The position numbers and the translations under genes were made by a program. Of a stretch of 64,000 bases of DNA, positions 36,811 through 47,486 are shown one piece after another. The DNA is taken from positions 54,856 through 118,855 of the forward strand of contig CAZIZK010000001.1 in the NCBI GenBank assembly GCA_964544225.1, in the 5' to 3' direction. Numbering within the stretch: the stretch's first letter is position 1; each line of letters opens with the position of its first letter. Below the pieces are notes generated by a model that was not told the DNA's origin, searched no databases, and worked only from the letters and a program-made list of their open reading frames with translations. Source of the stretch: an uncultured Candidatus Saccharibacteria bacterium (GTDB lineage: Bacteria; Patescibacteriota; Minisyncoccia; Phycocordibacterales; UBA9973).

Positions 36811-38055
36811 CTACCCTGTCCTACTTACCATAGCCCCATCTTCTATATCATTCTTTGCTATTTCGTTCATTATAATCAGGAAGTACTCGGGTTTGATCAT
36901 GCGATAGAACTGGTCAGCCCCATCCCCCAATTTACCTTCTTTGTGCAACTTTTGTAACATCAGATAATGCTCCTTTGTAAATGTGTCGCCATATTTCTTT
37001 ACCCCTAATTTTTCTAATTCGTATTCCAATTCTTTTTTGCGCGCATCTATTTCTGTAGGGCGACCATAATAAGTCATGTTGTATTCCTTCTTGTATTTGG
37101 ATTCTATCTCTATTTCATCTTTTTTGTTCAACATACTACTATCGAAAGCAGTTCGATACAAACTATCTGCCTTGGAAGATAAGAGGCTGTCACCATCGGT
37201 AGACTCGTGAGTAAATTCGTGAACACCTACTGTATGTATGTCTCTAGGATCACTAGATGCAGAAAAGTGCGTATTTCTACCTTCAAAAGAATAAAAAGCG
37301 TTAGCGTTACCCATAGCATTTGGTGCATCTTTTACAACAAAGTTAGAATCCTTCTCTACATTCTGTATCCTTTCTGATATGTCATATGGAATATGACCAC
37401 CATACTCCTTTGCAAGCCGTGCTTGGTACTCGGGTGACTTCATAATACCTAGTAGCCACTGCCTCTGCACCTCGTATTGCTTGAATATATACTCGAGTCT
37501 TTCTTGCTCTTCTTTATAGAACTTGATCTTGTCCTTCTGGCCCATATCCTCTACTGTAGAATATGCATTCATAAATTCGTTTAAACCATTCTGGAAAGTG
37601 ACCAGGCTTGTAGATAGAAATTCGAGCTCGGCAGAATCGCCAGTCTTTGGGTTGAAATTCTTTTTATAATCTTCAATCTTTTTTATATTGACCTTGATTT
37701 CATTTATCTTGGCTTTATACATATCAAGCTGTTCTTGCCTCCACTGTTTAAATTCATTATCGTGATCCATTAGTTTTGTAAATGTTGCAAAGTCTTTTAC
37801 TTCGGACAATACATACTCGTGCTTGTTAGACACATCGACATTATTTTTAACATTACTATTCTGAGCTTCTGCAGATGTAGCAAATGCGGATACAGCAGAT
37901 AGAACACCGATCTTTATCAGATCTTTTATCCTTTGTCTTGATTCAGTTGGGTTCTTCACCTCACCTTTTGGAAGCTCGATAAAGTCTGGGGCCTTTTCGC
38001 CTTTTGATTCGTTAACCGTATTAGTATTTGGTGTGGACTCAAAAGAAAACTTCAT
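36811..38055 (-). CDS. Membrane-anchored putative zinc metallopeptidase
   Basis: Internal signal-like segment (AEAQ); ANAFY, HEFTH (HExxH), PTEIDAR. Confidence 0.6.
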   Translation of the reverse strand: MKFSFESTPNTNTVNESKGEKAPDFIELPKGEVKNPTESRQRIKDLIKIGVLSAVSAFATSAEAQNSNVKNNVDVSNKHEYVLSEVKDFATFTKLMDHDNEFKQWRQEQLDMYKAKINEIKVNIKKIEDYKKNFNPKTGDSAELEFLSTSLVTFQNGLNEFMNAYSTVEDMGQKDKIKFYKEEQERLEYIFKQYEVQRQWLLGIMKSPEYQARLAKEYGGHIPYDISERIQNVEKDSNFVVKDAPNAMGNANAFYSFEGRNTHFSASSDPRDIHTVGVHEFTHESTDGDSLLSSKADSLYRTAFDSSMLNKKDEIEIESKYKKEYNMTYYGRPTEIDARKKELEYELEKLGVKKYGDTFTKEHYLMLQKLHKEGKLGDGADQFYRMIKPEYFLIIMNEIAKNDIEDGAMVSRTG

Positions 38056-38068
38056 AATATATTATAAA

Positions 38069-39964
38069 TTATTTTATTTCTTCAACTTCTTTTGTGCGAG
38101 GTTTGATACCATGTGACATTATCAATTTATTGTATTCATCTTGTTCAAGTGTCTCTACTTCTATGAGCTTATTAGCTATTGCATCTAGAACCTCGCGCTT
38201 CTCGGTGATAACACGCTTTGCAGTAGCAAGTGCATTGGTCATGATCATCTTTACTTCTTCACCTATTATGTTGGCAACTGCTGGTGGAAGACCCTCTTCA
38301 TTCTGATACCTTGGGTTATCGCTCTCTACAGCTACTGGACCAATAGCATCACTCATACCCCAGCGTGTTACCATAGCGCGAGCCAAGTTAGTAGCCACTT
38401 GTAGATCATTTGAAGGACCAGTAGTTATATCACCAAACACCAACTCTTCCGCAGCATAGCCACCCATAGACATAGCCAAGTCGTCGATGAATTCCTTCTT
38501 GCTCTGTAACTTCCTCTCATCAAGTGGTAGCTTCAGTGTGTAACCACCGGCACTGCCACGTGATACGATAGTTACTTTGTGTACAGGGTCCGCATTTGGC
38601 AACATAGATGCCACTAGTGCATGCCCTGCTTCGTGGTATGCGGTTATCCTCTTCTCCTCTTTTGACATTAGGTGGCTCTTGCGTTCAGGACCCATCATCA
38701 CCTTCTCTATTGATCGGATCAAGTCCATCTGGGCCACCCTCTTCCTATCTTTACGTGCAGCGAGTATTGCCGCCTCGTTCATAAGTGAGTATAGGTCGGC
38801 TCCAGAGAAGCCTGGAGTCCTCTCAGCTATCAACTTTATATTTACATCACTTTCAAGTGGCTTCTTGCGTGAGTGTATAGCCATTATTTCTTCGCGGTCT
38901 TGCCTGTCTGGTAAATCCAATTTTACCCTACGGTCGAAACGCCCTGGGCGAAGAAGCGCTGGGTCCAATACATCGGCTCTGTTTGTTGCTGCCATTACTA
39001 TTACCTTCTCTGTTGGTTCGAAGCCGTCCATCTCTACTAGTATCTGGTTTAATGTCTGCTCGCGTTCATCGTTGCCACCACCTGTACCAGTACCACGTAC
39101 ACGGCCCACTGCATCGATCTCATCAATAAACACTATCGATGGTGAAGCCTTCTTTGCCATCTTGAACAAGTCACGTACACGTGATGCACCCACACCTACA
39201 AACATCTCTACGAACTCACTTCCTGAAAGGTGGAAGAACGGCACACCAGCCTCGCCTGCAACTGCACGAGCCAACAATGTCTTACCTGTACCCGGTGCAC
39301 CTGTGAGCATGACGCCCTTTGGTATCTGTGCGCCGATGTCTAGAAACTTCTTTGGGTTGCGTAGGAAGTCTACTATCTCCTCTAGCTCTATCTTTGCCTC
39401 TTTATTACCAGCAACGTCTTTGAATACTACTTTGTTCTTCTTGTCATCGGGTGTTGTGATACGAGCTTTTGACTGGCCAAAGTTCATAGCCTGCATGCCC
39501 TGCCCTTTTACCTGGCGAGTTAGCATCCATACTAGAAACAACACCATTAGTACTGGTAGTGCAAATGGCAATATATTTAGTAACCAATATCCGAAACCAC
39601 TTTCGTTCTTTATCTCTATCGGAGTGTTGGCAAGTTGCTCTACAGTCACACCATAACGCACGAGTGTGTCTGACAGTGCGCTCTCGGGTTCCTTCTTTGC
39701 AGTGGCTTTGGTGCCGTCTTTCATTTCTAGATTTACATCTTCACCGGCTACAACTATCTTGGTCACCTCACCTTTTTGGACGCTCTTTGCAATATCAGAA
39801 ATAGCGTACTTTTTTACTTCACTAGGGCTACCAGAAAGTACAGAATATAGGGCTGTTATAGCCATAAATATAAGGACCGCTGTTATAAGCTGGCTACCTA
39901 TCTTTAGGGGCTTTTTACTTTTATTTAAAGGCTTTTTTGTCATTTTCATATGGTTATTATACAT
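38069..39964 (-). CDS. ftsH: ATP-dependent zinc metalloprotease FtsH
   Basis: 2 [29 protein letters not shown]. Confidence 0.97.
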   Translation of the reverse strand: MYNNHMKMTKKPLNKSKKPLKIGSQLITAVLIFMAITALYSVLSGSPSEVKKYAISDIAKSVQKGEVTKIVVAGEDVNLEMKDGTKATAKKEPESALSDTLVRYGVTVEQLANTPIEIKNESGFGYWLLNILPFALPVLMVLFLVWMLTRQVKGQGMQAMNFGQSKARITTPDDKKNKVVFKDVAGNKEAKIELEEIVDFLRNPKKFLDIGAQIPKGVMLTGAPGTGKTLLARAVAGEAGVPFFHLSGSEFVEMFVGVGASRVRDLFKMAKKASPSIVFIDEIDAVGRVRGTGTGGGNDEREQTLNQILVEMDGFEPTEKVIVMAATNRADVLDPALLRPGRFDRRVKLDLPDRQDREEIMAIHSRKKPLESDVNIKLIAERTPGFSGADLYSLMNEAAILAARKDRKRVAQMDLIRSIEKVMMGPERKSHLMSKEEKRITAYHEAGHALVASMLPNADPVHKVTIVSRGSAGGYTLKLPLDERKLQSKKEFIDDLAMSMGGYAAEELVFGDITTGPSNDLQVATNLARAMVTRWGMSDAIGPVAVESDNPRYQNEEGLPPAVANIIGEEVKMIMTNALATAKRVITEKREVLDAIANKLIEVETLEQDEYNKLIMSHGIKPRTKEVEEIK

Positions 39965-40033
39965 GAAAGGGCTTTGATTTTCTAGGATTTTACCTATTTG
40001 ACTTTTCTATAAAAAATGATATAATACCAAAGA

Positions 40034-40228
40034 ATGTTTGCGCAATTAATTTTAATTGCGTTCGCGCTGGGAGGGCCGAAACGCAAAAAAGAAGAAGAAG
40101 TTTTTGAAGACAATTTAAATAAACTCATTGAGGTTGAAAAAAGATTGTCAGAGATTGAAACATGTTTCCCGAATTTATCGGAAATACAACATTTACAATC
40201 CATCGCCCACAGGCAGGGTGATAAATAA
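40034..40228 (+). CDS. Small hypothetical protein
   Basis: ATG just after TGATATAAT; no motif. Confidence 0.35.
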   Translation: MFAQLILIAFALGGPKRKKEEEVFEDNLNKLIEVEKRLSEIETCFPNLSEIQHLQSIAHRQGDK

Positions 40229-40317
40229 TTTCTTTTTTAATGAAAACCGGAGGGGCACATGTTAGCATGTGTACCCTTTTCTTTTGCCTAAAATGTATTA
40301 TCTGCTACCATACATGT

Positions 40318-40761
40318 ATGACTACCTTTATAGACAACCGCAAAGCCCACTTCAATTATGCTGTAGATGATAAATACGAGGCAGGTATCGAGCTACTCGG
40401 CTTTGAAGTAAAAGCTCTGAAGGCTGGTATGGGCAACCTGGCTGGCGCATTCTGCGTGATACGTGGTGGTGAAGCATTTGTCGTAAATATGCATATCACT
40501 CCGTACCAAGCCGGCAACACCCCAGTAACTTATGACCCAGACCGTACTCGCAAGTTGCTATTGAAGAAGAAAGAATTGGCAGAATTGGCCGTCATTGATA
40601 AAGCGAAAGGTTTGACCCTCATTCCCCTTTCGGTGTATAGTAAGGGTCGCAGGATCAAGATGGAGCTTGGTGTTGCAAAAGGTAAAAAGCTTCATGATAA
40701 ACGCGAGTCTATCAAGAAGCGCGATACTGATCGCGAGATCCGTAGAACATTGAAAGAATAA
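40318..40761 (+). CDS. smpB: SsrA-binding protein
   Basis: NRKAHFNY, EAGIEL, RKLLL, KGKKLHDKRESIK. Confidence 0.96.
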   Translation: MTTFIDNRKAHFNYAVDDKYEAGIELLGFEVKALKAGMGNLAGAFCVIRGGEAFVVNMHITPYQAGNTPVTYDPDRTRKLLLKKKELAELAVIDKAKGLTLIPLSVYSKGRRIKMELGVAKGKKLHDKRESIKKRDTDREIRRTLKE

Positions 40762-40770
40762 TAAATACAT

Positions 40771-41161
40771 GGGGGTGACGGGCTTCGATGGGGGCTGTTA
40801 TCTTTTATGTGCGTGTAAAGTACTCAGGAATCTTTTAAAACTTCTTGGAAAAGACTAAGTGCAAACAAAGTCGCTTCAGTAAAGTCACCTTACGCTTTTG
40901 CGTTTAGTGGCTCTGCTCTCTCATTCGCTTAATTTAAGCCAATGGAGTGTCTATGCTATCTACATCCGATAAATAGTATGGGCATAATTAATCGGGTTAC
41001 GAAACAATTACCGCTTGAATTTGTTTCCGACAATTAAAAGCTCGGTGATATAGTGTTTTGTCTGTTCTCTAGCTATATCATTTAAAACCAATGAACATAC
41101 TACACACGTAGACTCATATAAGAGCGTCCTTCACATGGCGGTTCAACTCCGCCCACTTCCA
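40771..41161 (+). ncRNA. ssrA: tmRNA; tag peptide ANKVASVKSPYAFAFSGSALSFA (40861-40932)
   Basis: GGGGGTG/CACTTCC-A acceptor with G3-U; GGCGG-TTCAACT-CCGCC T arm; follows smpB. Confidence 0.93.
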
Positions 41162-41164
41162 CAA

Positions 41165-41198
41165 TTTAAAAAACCACCTATTAGGTGGTTTTTTAAAT
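41165..41198. terminator. Bidirectional terminator between ssrA and purB
   Basis: TTTAAAAAACCACCT...AGGTGGTTTTTTAAA. Confidence 0.85.
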
Positions 41199-42566
41199 TT
41201 ACATCTTTGCTAGCTTACTTGCGATGCCGGTGTAGGATAGTGGGGTGAATTTCTTTAATTCTTTTTTGATTTCGGGTGAGACTTTTAGACCATCGATAAA
41301 TTGTGCAAAATCTTCCATAGTCACAACCTTGCCACGGGTTATAGCCTTCAAAGCTTCGTATGGGACTGGCAAGCCTTCCCTCCTCATTACTGTCTGGATA
41401 GCTTCGGCCACTACCTCGGGGTGGGCCAATAGGTCCTCCTTTATTTTATTTTCATTTATAGATATTTTACTCAACCCTTTCAGACACATTACATATCCTA
41501 GATACGCGTGGCCAAATGCAGTTCCAAAAGCGCGTGATACTGTAGAGTCGGACAAGTCGCGCTGTAGGCGTGACACTGGTAGCTTGCGTGCGAAGAATTC
41601 AAAGAGTGCGTTCGCAATACCTAGGTTCCCTTCACTGTTCTCGAAATCGATCGGGTTTACTTTGTGTGGCATTGTACTTGAGCCCACTTCCCCGGCCTTT
41701 GGCTTCTGAGTTATATAACTATCTGATATGTAGCGCCAGATGTCCTGATTGAAATCAATAAGGATAGTGTTGGCACGGCGGATATTGTCGGCAAGCTCGG
41801 CATAAGTATCGTGTGGTTCGATCTGAGTAGTTAATAAATTTGGGCACAATTTAACACCGGCAACCTTACCAATATGCGCAATATACTTCTTTGTAAATGC
41901 TGGCCAGTTCACCTTTGGATATGCAGCGACAAATGCATTGTAGTTACCAGTAGCACCATTTAGCTTTGCCATTACTTTGAATTGCTTCAGGAAATATATT
42001 TGTCTGCGTAACCTGTCGGCAAATACGGCAAACTCTTTACCCACTGTTGTTGGGCTAGCTGACTGTCCATGAGTACGAGCAAGCATTGGAGTATGGGCAT
42101 ATTTTGTAGCATAACTTTTCATAACAGAGTGTATTTCCAACATGCTTGGGACCATGACACTCTTCACACTGTTCGCAAGCATAAGAGCATACGAAACATT
42201 GTTGGTGTCTTCAGATGTGAGGCCAAAGTGCACCCACTCGATAGAGTCCTTCAGGCTTGTTTTAGCTAGAGATTCTTTTATAAAATATTCTACCGCTTTT
42301 ACATCATGGTTCGTTGTAGCCTCGAACTTCTTTATAGCTTTGTATGATGCATCATTCCAAGTTTCATAAAGCCCACGTATGGCCTTTACCTCATTTGTTG
42401 TAAATTTGCGAAGCTTGGTTACCTTGGCTTCGGAAAGGCATATTAGGAATTCGCACTCCATCATGACCCTATATTTCATAAGGCTACTCTCGGAGAAGTA
42501 TGGGGCTAGTGCCCTTGTCCTATCATAGTATCGTCCATCTAGTGGATTTATTGCATCGTTTATCAT
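41199..42566 (-). CDS. purB: Adenylosuccinate lyase
   Basis: PLDGRY, TNHDVKAVEY, GSSTMPHKVNPIDFENSEGN. Confidence 0.96.
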   Translation of the reverse strand: MINDAINPLDGRYYDRTRALAPYFSESSLMKYRVMMECEFLICLSEAKVTKLRKFTTNEVKAIRGLYETWNDASYKAIKKFEATTNHDVKAVEYFIKESLAKTSLKDSIEWVHFGLTSEDTNNVSYALMLANSVKSVMVPSMLEIHSVMKSYATKYAHTPMLARTHGQSASPTTVGKEFAVFADRLRRQIYFLKQFKVMAKLNGATGNYNAFVAAYPKVNWPAFTKKYIAHIGKVAGVKLCPNLLTTQIEPHDTYAELADNIRRANTILIDFNQDIWRYISDSYITQKPKAGEVGSSTMPHKVNPIDFENSEGNLGIANALFEFFARKLPVSRLQRDLSDSTVSRAFGTAFGHAYLGYVMCLKGLSKISINENKIKEDLLAHPEVVAEAIQTVMRREGLPVPYEALKAITRGKVVTMEDFAQFIDGLKVSPEIKKELKKFTPLSYTGIASKLAKM

Positions 42567-42654
42567 ATAGCGATTATATGCAATTTCACCCCAATCTGCA
42601 AATAAAAAACTCGACCAAAAAAGGCCGAGTTTTTAATGAATTAAAATAGCTATT

Positions 42655-43623
42655 TTACGAATCGATCTTCAAATTACTTTTTATACGATCGTTAGATGAC
42701 ATTGTAAAATCGTGTTCGAAAACTTTACCTGTCAGTGTATCGTATATCTCGATATACCTATGGGAAAGTTCGGCCACCATGTCGGCTGGGATTTCTGGAA
42801 GAACTTCTACAGTATATGGGTCACACTTCTGGCTGAGCCATATACGTACAAACTCTTTGTCGAAATATTCCGGCTCCATGCCAGCGTCAATACGTTCCTG
42901 ATAGGTACCAGCCTTCCAGTATCGTGAAGAGTCGGGAGTATGGATCTCGTCTATCAGATATATCTCATCATTTTCATCGGTGCCGAACTCGTACTTTGTA
43001 TCTACAAGTATCAAGCCTTTTGAAAGTGCAATTTCTTGCCCACGGATAAATAGTGCGGTAGCATATCTCTCAACTTTATCTAAAATCTCTTGAGATATTA
43101 TCCCTTTCTCCACCATCTCTTGTGGAGACATAGTCACATCGTGATCATCACTTTTCGTAGATGGTGTAAATACTGGTTTATCAAGTTTGTGATTCTTCTT
43201 TAACCCATCTGGTAATATAAAATTACCAAAGTCACGCTTGCCATCCTTGTAGTGTGTCCACACCGAAGTGTTAGTAGTGCCAGTCAGGTACCCGCGCATA
43301 ACAGCCTCGATAGGTAGTGGCTTCAACTTCTTCGCCACCAATACCGCAGGGTCCGGGACCCTGATTACATGGTTCTGCACAATATCCTTTGTTTGTTCGA
43401 ACCACCATGCACTGATAAGGTTGAGCACCTCCCCTTTGAAAGGTATGTGTGCAATGATGCGGTCGAAAGATGAATGGCGGTCGGTAGATACAAGTGTAAT
43501 AGTATCGTCGGCAATATAAATATCGCGGACTTTACCTACCACCTTCTTACCTAGGCCTTGAAAGTCTGTGCCTTTCAATACATCCCCTACATGTTGTTTG
43601 ATTGTTTCTAATTCCATAGTCAT
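42655..43623 (-). CDS. purC: SAICAR synthetase
   Basis: GKVRDIY, TPSTK, LVDTKYEFG, DEIHTPDSSRYW. Confidence 0.95.
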   Translation of the reverse strand: MTMELETIKQHVGDVLKGTDFQGLGKKVVGKVRDIYIADDTITLVSTDRHSSFDRIIAHIPFKGEVLNLISAWWFEQTKDIVQNHVIRVPDPAVLVAKKLKPLPIEAVMRGYLTGTTNTSVWTHYKDGKRDFGNFILPDGLKKNHKLDKPVFTPSTKSDDHDVTMSPQEMVEKGIISQEILDKVERYATALFIRGQEIALSKGLILVDTKYEFGTDENDEIYLIDEIHTPDSSRYWKAGTYQERIDAGMEPEYFDKEFVRIWLSQKCDPYTVEVLPEIPADMVAELSHRYIEIYDTLTGKVFEHDFTMSSNDRIKSNLKIDS

Positions 43624-43653
43624 AAATATTTTTCTTTTGATTATACAGATATA

Positions 43654-44694
43654 TTACCGTAATACAACCTTGCCGTTGCCTTTTATAATCTGGCCGATTT
43701 CGTACATTTTAAATTCTGGATATTTTGCAAGAACTGATTCTATCTTTGCCTTTTCACTTTGTGGAACAATTAGTACAAGTCCAATACCCATATTGAACAC
43801 GCGGTACATCTCGTTCTGTTCTACATTACCCACCTTTTGCATATATGGGAATATTGGCAACATTGGCCAAGTATTCAAATTGATTTGTGCATCTAGACTC
43901 TCGGGCAATACACGTGGAATGTTCTCGATAAATCCCCCACCTGTTATATGTGCGATACCACGGATGTCCACACCAGTTGATAACATCTCCAGAACTGGTA
44001 CAGAATAATTTACATGAACTTTTAGTAATGCTTCGCCAACACTTTCACCGAGCTCGTCTACGACAGTATTTACATCGTGGCCGGCAATATCAAAAAGTAT
44101 TTTACGTGCAAGTGAGAATCCGTTAGTGTGCAACCCTGAAGATGGAAGCCCGATCAGGATATCACCTTCTTCAATCCTCTCGCCTGTTATGATGCCGTCT
44201 TTCTCTACCACACCTGTTATACACCCTGCTATGTCATGTTCGCCTTTCATATACACACCCGGCATCTCGGCTGTCTCGCCACCTATTAATGCGACACCAT
44301 TGTCCCTACATGCTTTGGCCATACCAGCCACCATATCCGCCATTACAATCGGGTCCAGTTTGTCATGTGCTACATAGTCCAGGAATGTAAGCGACTTGGC
44401 ACCCATGGCTAGCAAGTCATCACAACAGTGGTTAACTATATCCTGGCCTACTGTATCGTACTTATTCATCATACGTGCAACAGAAAGCTTTGTCCCGACA
44501 CCGTCGATACTCTGGACCAATACAGGATTCTTATAATTCTTTATTATGTCACCCAAGTCATAAAGCCCACCAAAACTTCCGATACCTGTCAGAACCGCAC
44601 TCGTATGAGTACTAGCTACATTGCCCTTCATTAGCTTCACCGCCTCATTCCCTGCATCAATATTTACCCCTGATTGTGTATATAAATCTGACAT
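43654..44694 (-). CDS. purM: AIR synthetase
   Basis: DGVGTK, GGETAEMPG, SSGLHTNG, HITGGG, FNMGIG. Confidence 0.96.
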   Translation of the reverse strand: MSDLYTQSGVNIDAGNEAVKLMKGNVASTHTSAVLTGIGSFGGLYDLGDIIKNYKNPVLVQSIDGVGTKLSVARMMNKYDTVGQDIVNHCCDDLLAMGAKSLTFLDYVAHDKLDPIVMADMVAGMAKACRDNGVALIGGETAEMPGVYMKGEHDIAGCITGVVEKDGIITGERIEEGDILIGLPSSGLHTNGFSLARKILFDIAGHDVNTVVDELGESVGEALLKVHVNYSVPVLEMLSTGVDIRGIAHITGGGFIENIPRVLPESLDAQINLNTWPMLPIFPYMQKVGNVEQNEMYRVFNMGIGLVLIVPQSEKAKIESVLAKYPEFKMYEIGQIIKGNGKVVLR

Positions 44695-44715
44695 GATTTT
44701 ATAAATGAAATTAAA

Positions 44716-45234
44716 TTACATATTTTTTAAATATTCTTCGTAACCTTGGTCTAATAATTTCTTTGCTTTACCCTTTACCTCTTTATTCATACTGTCCTTG
44801 TAGTCAAAAATCTTTTTATCCAACTTCTTGTCTGACATGGCCAACATCTGGCAAGCAAGTAGCCCAGCATTCTTTGCACCATTTACCGCCACACTTGCCA
44901 CAGGTACACCTGGTGGCATCTGAGCGATAGAAAGGAGTGAGTCCAGTCCATCCATAGACTTTGTCTTTATAGGTACACCTATTACTGGCAGTGTCGTCAT
45001 CGAAGCCACCATGCCTGGTAAGTGCGCAGAACCACCAGCACCAGCAATGATTACCTTGATCCCACGGGCCTTGGCCTTCACCGCATACTTTACCAACACG
45101 TCCGGTGTACGGTGTGCAGAGACAACAGTCATCTCATACGGCACGCCAAACTCGGCAAGTATCTTGCCTGCGTCTTGCATCACACCCAAATCTGAATCGG
45201 AACCCATTATTATTGATACGTTTACTTTTTTCAT
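44716..45234 (-). CDS. purE: N5-CAIR mutase
   Basis: [27 protein letters not shown]. Confidence 0.96.
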   Translation of the reverse strand: MKKVNVSIIMGSDSDLGVMQDAGKILAEFGVPYEMTVVSAHRTPDVLVKYAVKAKARGIKVIIAGAGGSAHLPGMVASMTTLPVIGVPIKTKSMDGLDSLLSIAQMPPGVPVASVAVNGAKNAGLLACQMLAMSDKKLDKKIFDYKDSMNKEVKGKAKKLLDQGYEEYLKNM

Positions 45235-45238
45235 AATT

Positions 45239-46360
45239 TTATATTTCAATACTCTTCCTTGCATTCAATGCCCTCTCTTCTGCCTCTTCCAATGTGTCGG
45301 CAAGGGCTGTAATATGGCCCATCTTCCTCTCCTTGCGTGTCTCCAGTTTACCATAAATATGAACATTTGCATTCCCGTCTGGGTGAACATAATCCACCTT
45401 TAAAAGGGCCTCGCCATCGCGCTCGCCAAGTATGTTTACCATTACGGCATAGTCACTTACAGGCTCGATATCTATCAGGTGCATGCCTGTTACAGCACGT
45501 ACGTGCGCTTCGAATTGCGACATGTTGAAGCCTTCGATAGTATGGTGGCCCGAGTTGTGGACCCTTGGGGCTATCTCATTTACAAATACTTCGCCATCAG
45601 CTGTTAGGAATATTTCCACAGCACACACTCCTACAAAAGAAAGTGCATCCAGAACCTTCTGTGCTAAATCTTGAGCCTTTGATTTTACTTCATCATCTAC
45701 AGGTGCTGGTGATCGGACAATATGACAAATATTGTTCCTGTGCACTGTCTCTACTACTGGGTAGGAAACAATCTTGCCAAACATGTCGCGGGCAGACACT
45801 ACAGCCAGTTCCTTTACAAATGGTACAAACTTCTCGGCATACAGAGTACTGTTCGCAAGCTTTTCAAATGCTTCATCAATATCGCACTCGTTCTTCACGA
45901 CAAAGTTACCACGCCCATCGTACGCATCAAAGCGCGCCTTTAATAGGAACGGGTAGCCAAATATCTCACCCTGCTTCGAGGCATCGTCTTTATTAGTAAC
46001 GATAGCAAAATCGGCAACGGGTATATTGTGATTGGTCAGGTACACCTTCTGCTCGAATTTATCTTTAATTATTTTTAGTATCGATGGGTTTGGGTGTACT
46101 GGCAGATCACGAGCGACGAGCTCGTCCAGGGCATCAGCATTGGCCGACTCTATTTCAAATGTTATATAGTCTGCCACTTGTGCAAGCTCTAGTATCTTAC
46201 CCTTATCTTTAAAGCTTCCTATAATCTGCTCATCTGCTACATATGATGCTGGGCAGTTCTCGGTGGGGTCCAGGACCACCACACGCAAACCAAACCTATG
46301 CGCCCCTGACGCTAGCATCTTGCCTAACTGCCCTCCCCCAACTATCCCGATTGTTTTCAT
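45239..46360 (-). CDS. purK: N5-CAIR synthetase
   Basis: [28 protein letters not shown]. Confidence 0.96.
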   Translation of the reverse strand: MKTIGIVGGGQLGKMLASGAHRFGLRVVVLDPTENCPASYVADEQIIGSFKDKGKILELAQVADYITFEIESANADALDELVARDLPVHPNPSILKIIKDKFEQKVYLTNHNIPVADFAIVTNKDDASKQGEIFGYPFLLKARFDAYDGRGNFVVKNECDIDEAFEKLANSTLYAEKFVPFVKELAVVSARDMFGKIVSYPVVETVHRNNICHIVRSPAPVDDEVKSKAQDLAQKVLDALSFVGVCAVEIFLTADGEVFVNEIAPRVHNSGHHTIEGFNMSQFEAHVRAVTGMHLIDIEPVSDYAVMVNILGERDGEALLKVDYVHPDGNANVHIYGKLETRKERKMGHITALADTLEEAEERALNARKSIEI

Positions 46361-46371
46361 ATAATTTAATT

Positions 46372-46788
46372 TTAAAAGTCAAAATAATTCTTATCTGTTT
46401 TGTACGCTTCTATTGCATATTTGCAGGCTTCAAAAAGCTCGCCAGGTAAATTGTCTACATCGTACCAATCCCAACCATCACACTTTTCTGGTTCGAGATT
46501 TTTTGGTTCACCACTTGCCCAATCAGCTATTAAACCAATATGCACATAGTGTTTCGGTGCATAAGTCTTTAGATTCATTAGAAACTGGAATTGTATGTTT
46601 GATATTTCTATACCACATTCCTCCATTACCTCCCTCTTGGCAGTTTCTGTAAAAGACTCCATATATTCAAGATGCCCTCCAGGAAATGCGTATTGGTGGG
46701 CCCCATGCGACCCCTCCCTTCTACCAAATAGGACTTTGCCGTCTTTTAATATCATAACCCCAACACCAACTTTAGTTTTGTTCTCCAT
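46372..46788 (-). CDS. NUDIX hydrolase (NUDT15/MutT-like)
   Basis: PGGHLE....ETAKREVMEECG; EPEKC. Confidence 0.9.
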   Translation of the reverse strand: MENKTKVGVGVMILKDGKVLFGRREGSHGAHQYAFPGGHLEYMESFTETAKREVMEECGIEISNIQFQFLMNLKTYAPKHYVHIGLIADWASGEPKNLEPEKCDGWDWYDVDNLPGELFEACKYAIEAYKTDKNYFDF

Positions 46789-46848
46789 AAAATGAGTATA
46801 ACAAAAAACAGGTGTAAAGCAATTTACATTACTTTACACCTGTTACCT

Positions 46849-47433
46849 TTAATACATAAAATATCTGATGCTCTCCTCAGTCCTATCAAAGGCACCTTGT
46901 TGATCATCGTCAAAATTAGAAATTATACTGAAATCCTTTTTATATCTATTCATTGCATCGCAAAAATCTAATGCTGGAGAAGGTTCGTTGGAAAGCAAAA
47001 TTCTTGCTTGTTCCATTGTCTTATCTTCACGAGTCATAACCCTTTGAAGACGTTCGTCCTCTTCAGCAAAGACAAATATATTCCAAACTCTTGGAAAAGA
47101 TTTCCTGGCCAAAAGTGCACCTTCGACAGTTATGTCTATAATGCCGTATTTATGCCTCTGAAGTTCAGAATATTGTGTCCCAGAGAAATAGTGATTTGGG
47201 TCATCTTTATTTCCGATCATCCCCCAATAAAACAAATCATTGGAGGCCTTGAGTTTAAAAAATTCTTCCTTGGAAATAAAATAATATTCCCTGCCATGTT
47301 GTTCACTTTTACGCATTGCACGCGTAGTAAAAGGTACGACACGAGACAATCCTAGATTTAAACCCAGAGCATGATTAACTATTGTCTCCTTCCCCGCTCC
47401 GCGAGGACCAGAAACGGTTATGAGCTTTTCCAT
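46849..47433 (-). CDS. Guanylate kinase-like protein
   Basis: SGPRGAGKET; TTR..R.SE.HGREYYF. Confidence 0.75.
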   Translation of the reverse strand: MEKLITVSGPRGAGKETIVNHALGLNLGLSRVVPFTTRAMRKSEQHGREYYFISKEEFFKLKASNDLFYWGMIGNKDDPNHYFSGTQYSELQRHKYGIIDITVEGALLARKSFPRVWNIFVFAEEDERLQRVMTREDKTMEQARILLSNEPSPALDFCDAMNRYKKDFSIISNFDDDQQGAFDRTEESIRYFMY

Positions 47434-47486
47434 TGTTTGTTATAGTATTTTTCTTGACTATAACACACACAATGCAATAAGCAATG

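Noticed and set aside
38577-39656. 359-aa plus-strand ORF and similar antisense ORFs (13156, 26931, 41245, 56679)
   Set aside because: Shadows of well-supported genes on the other strand
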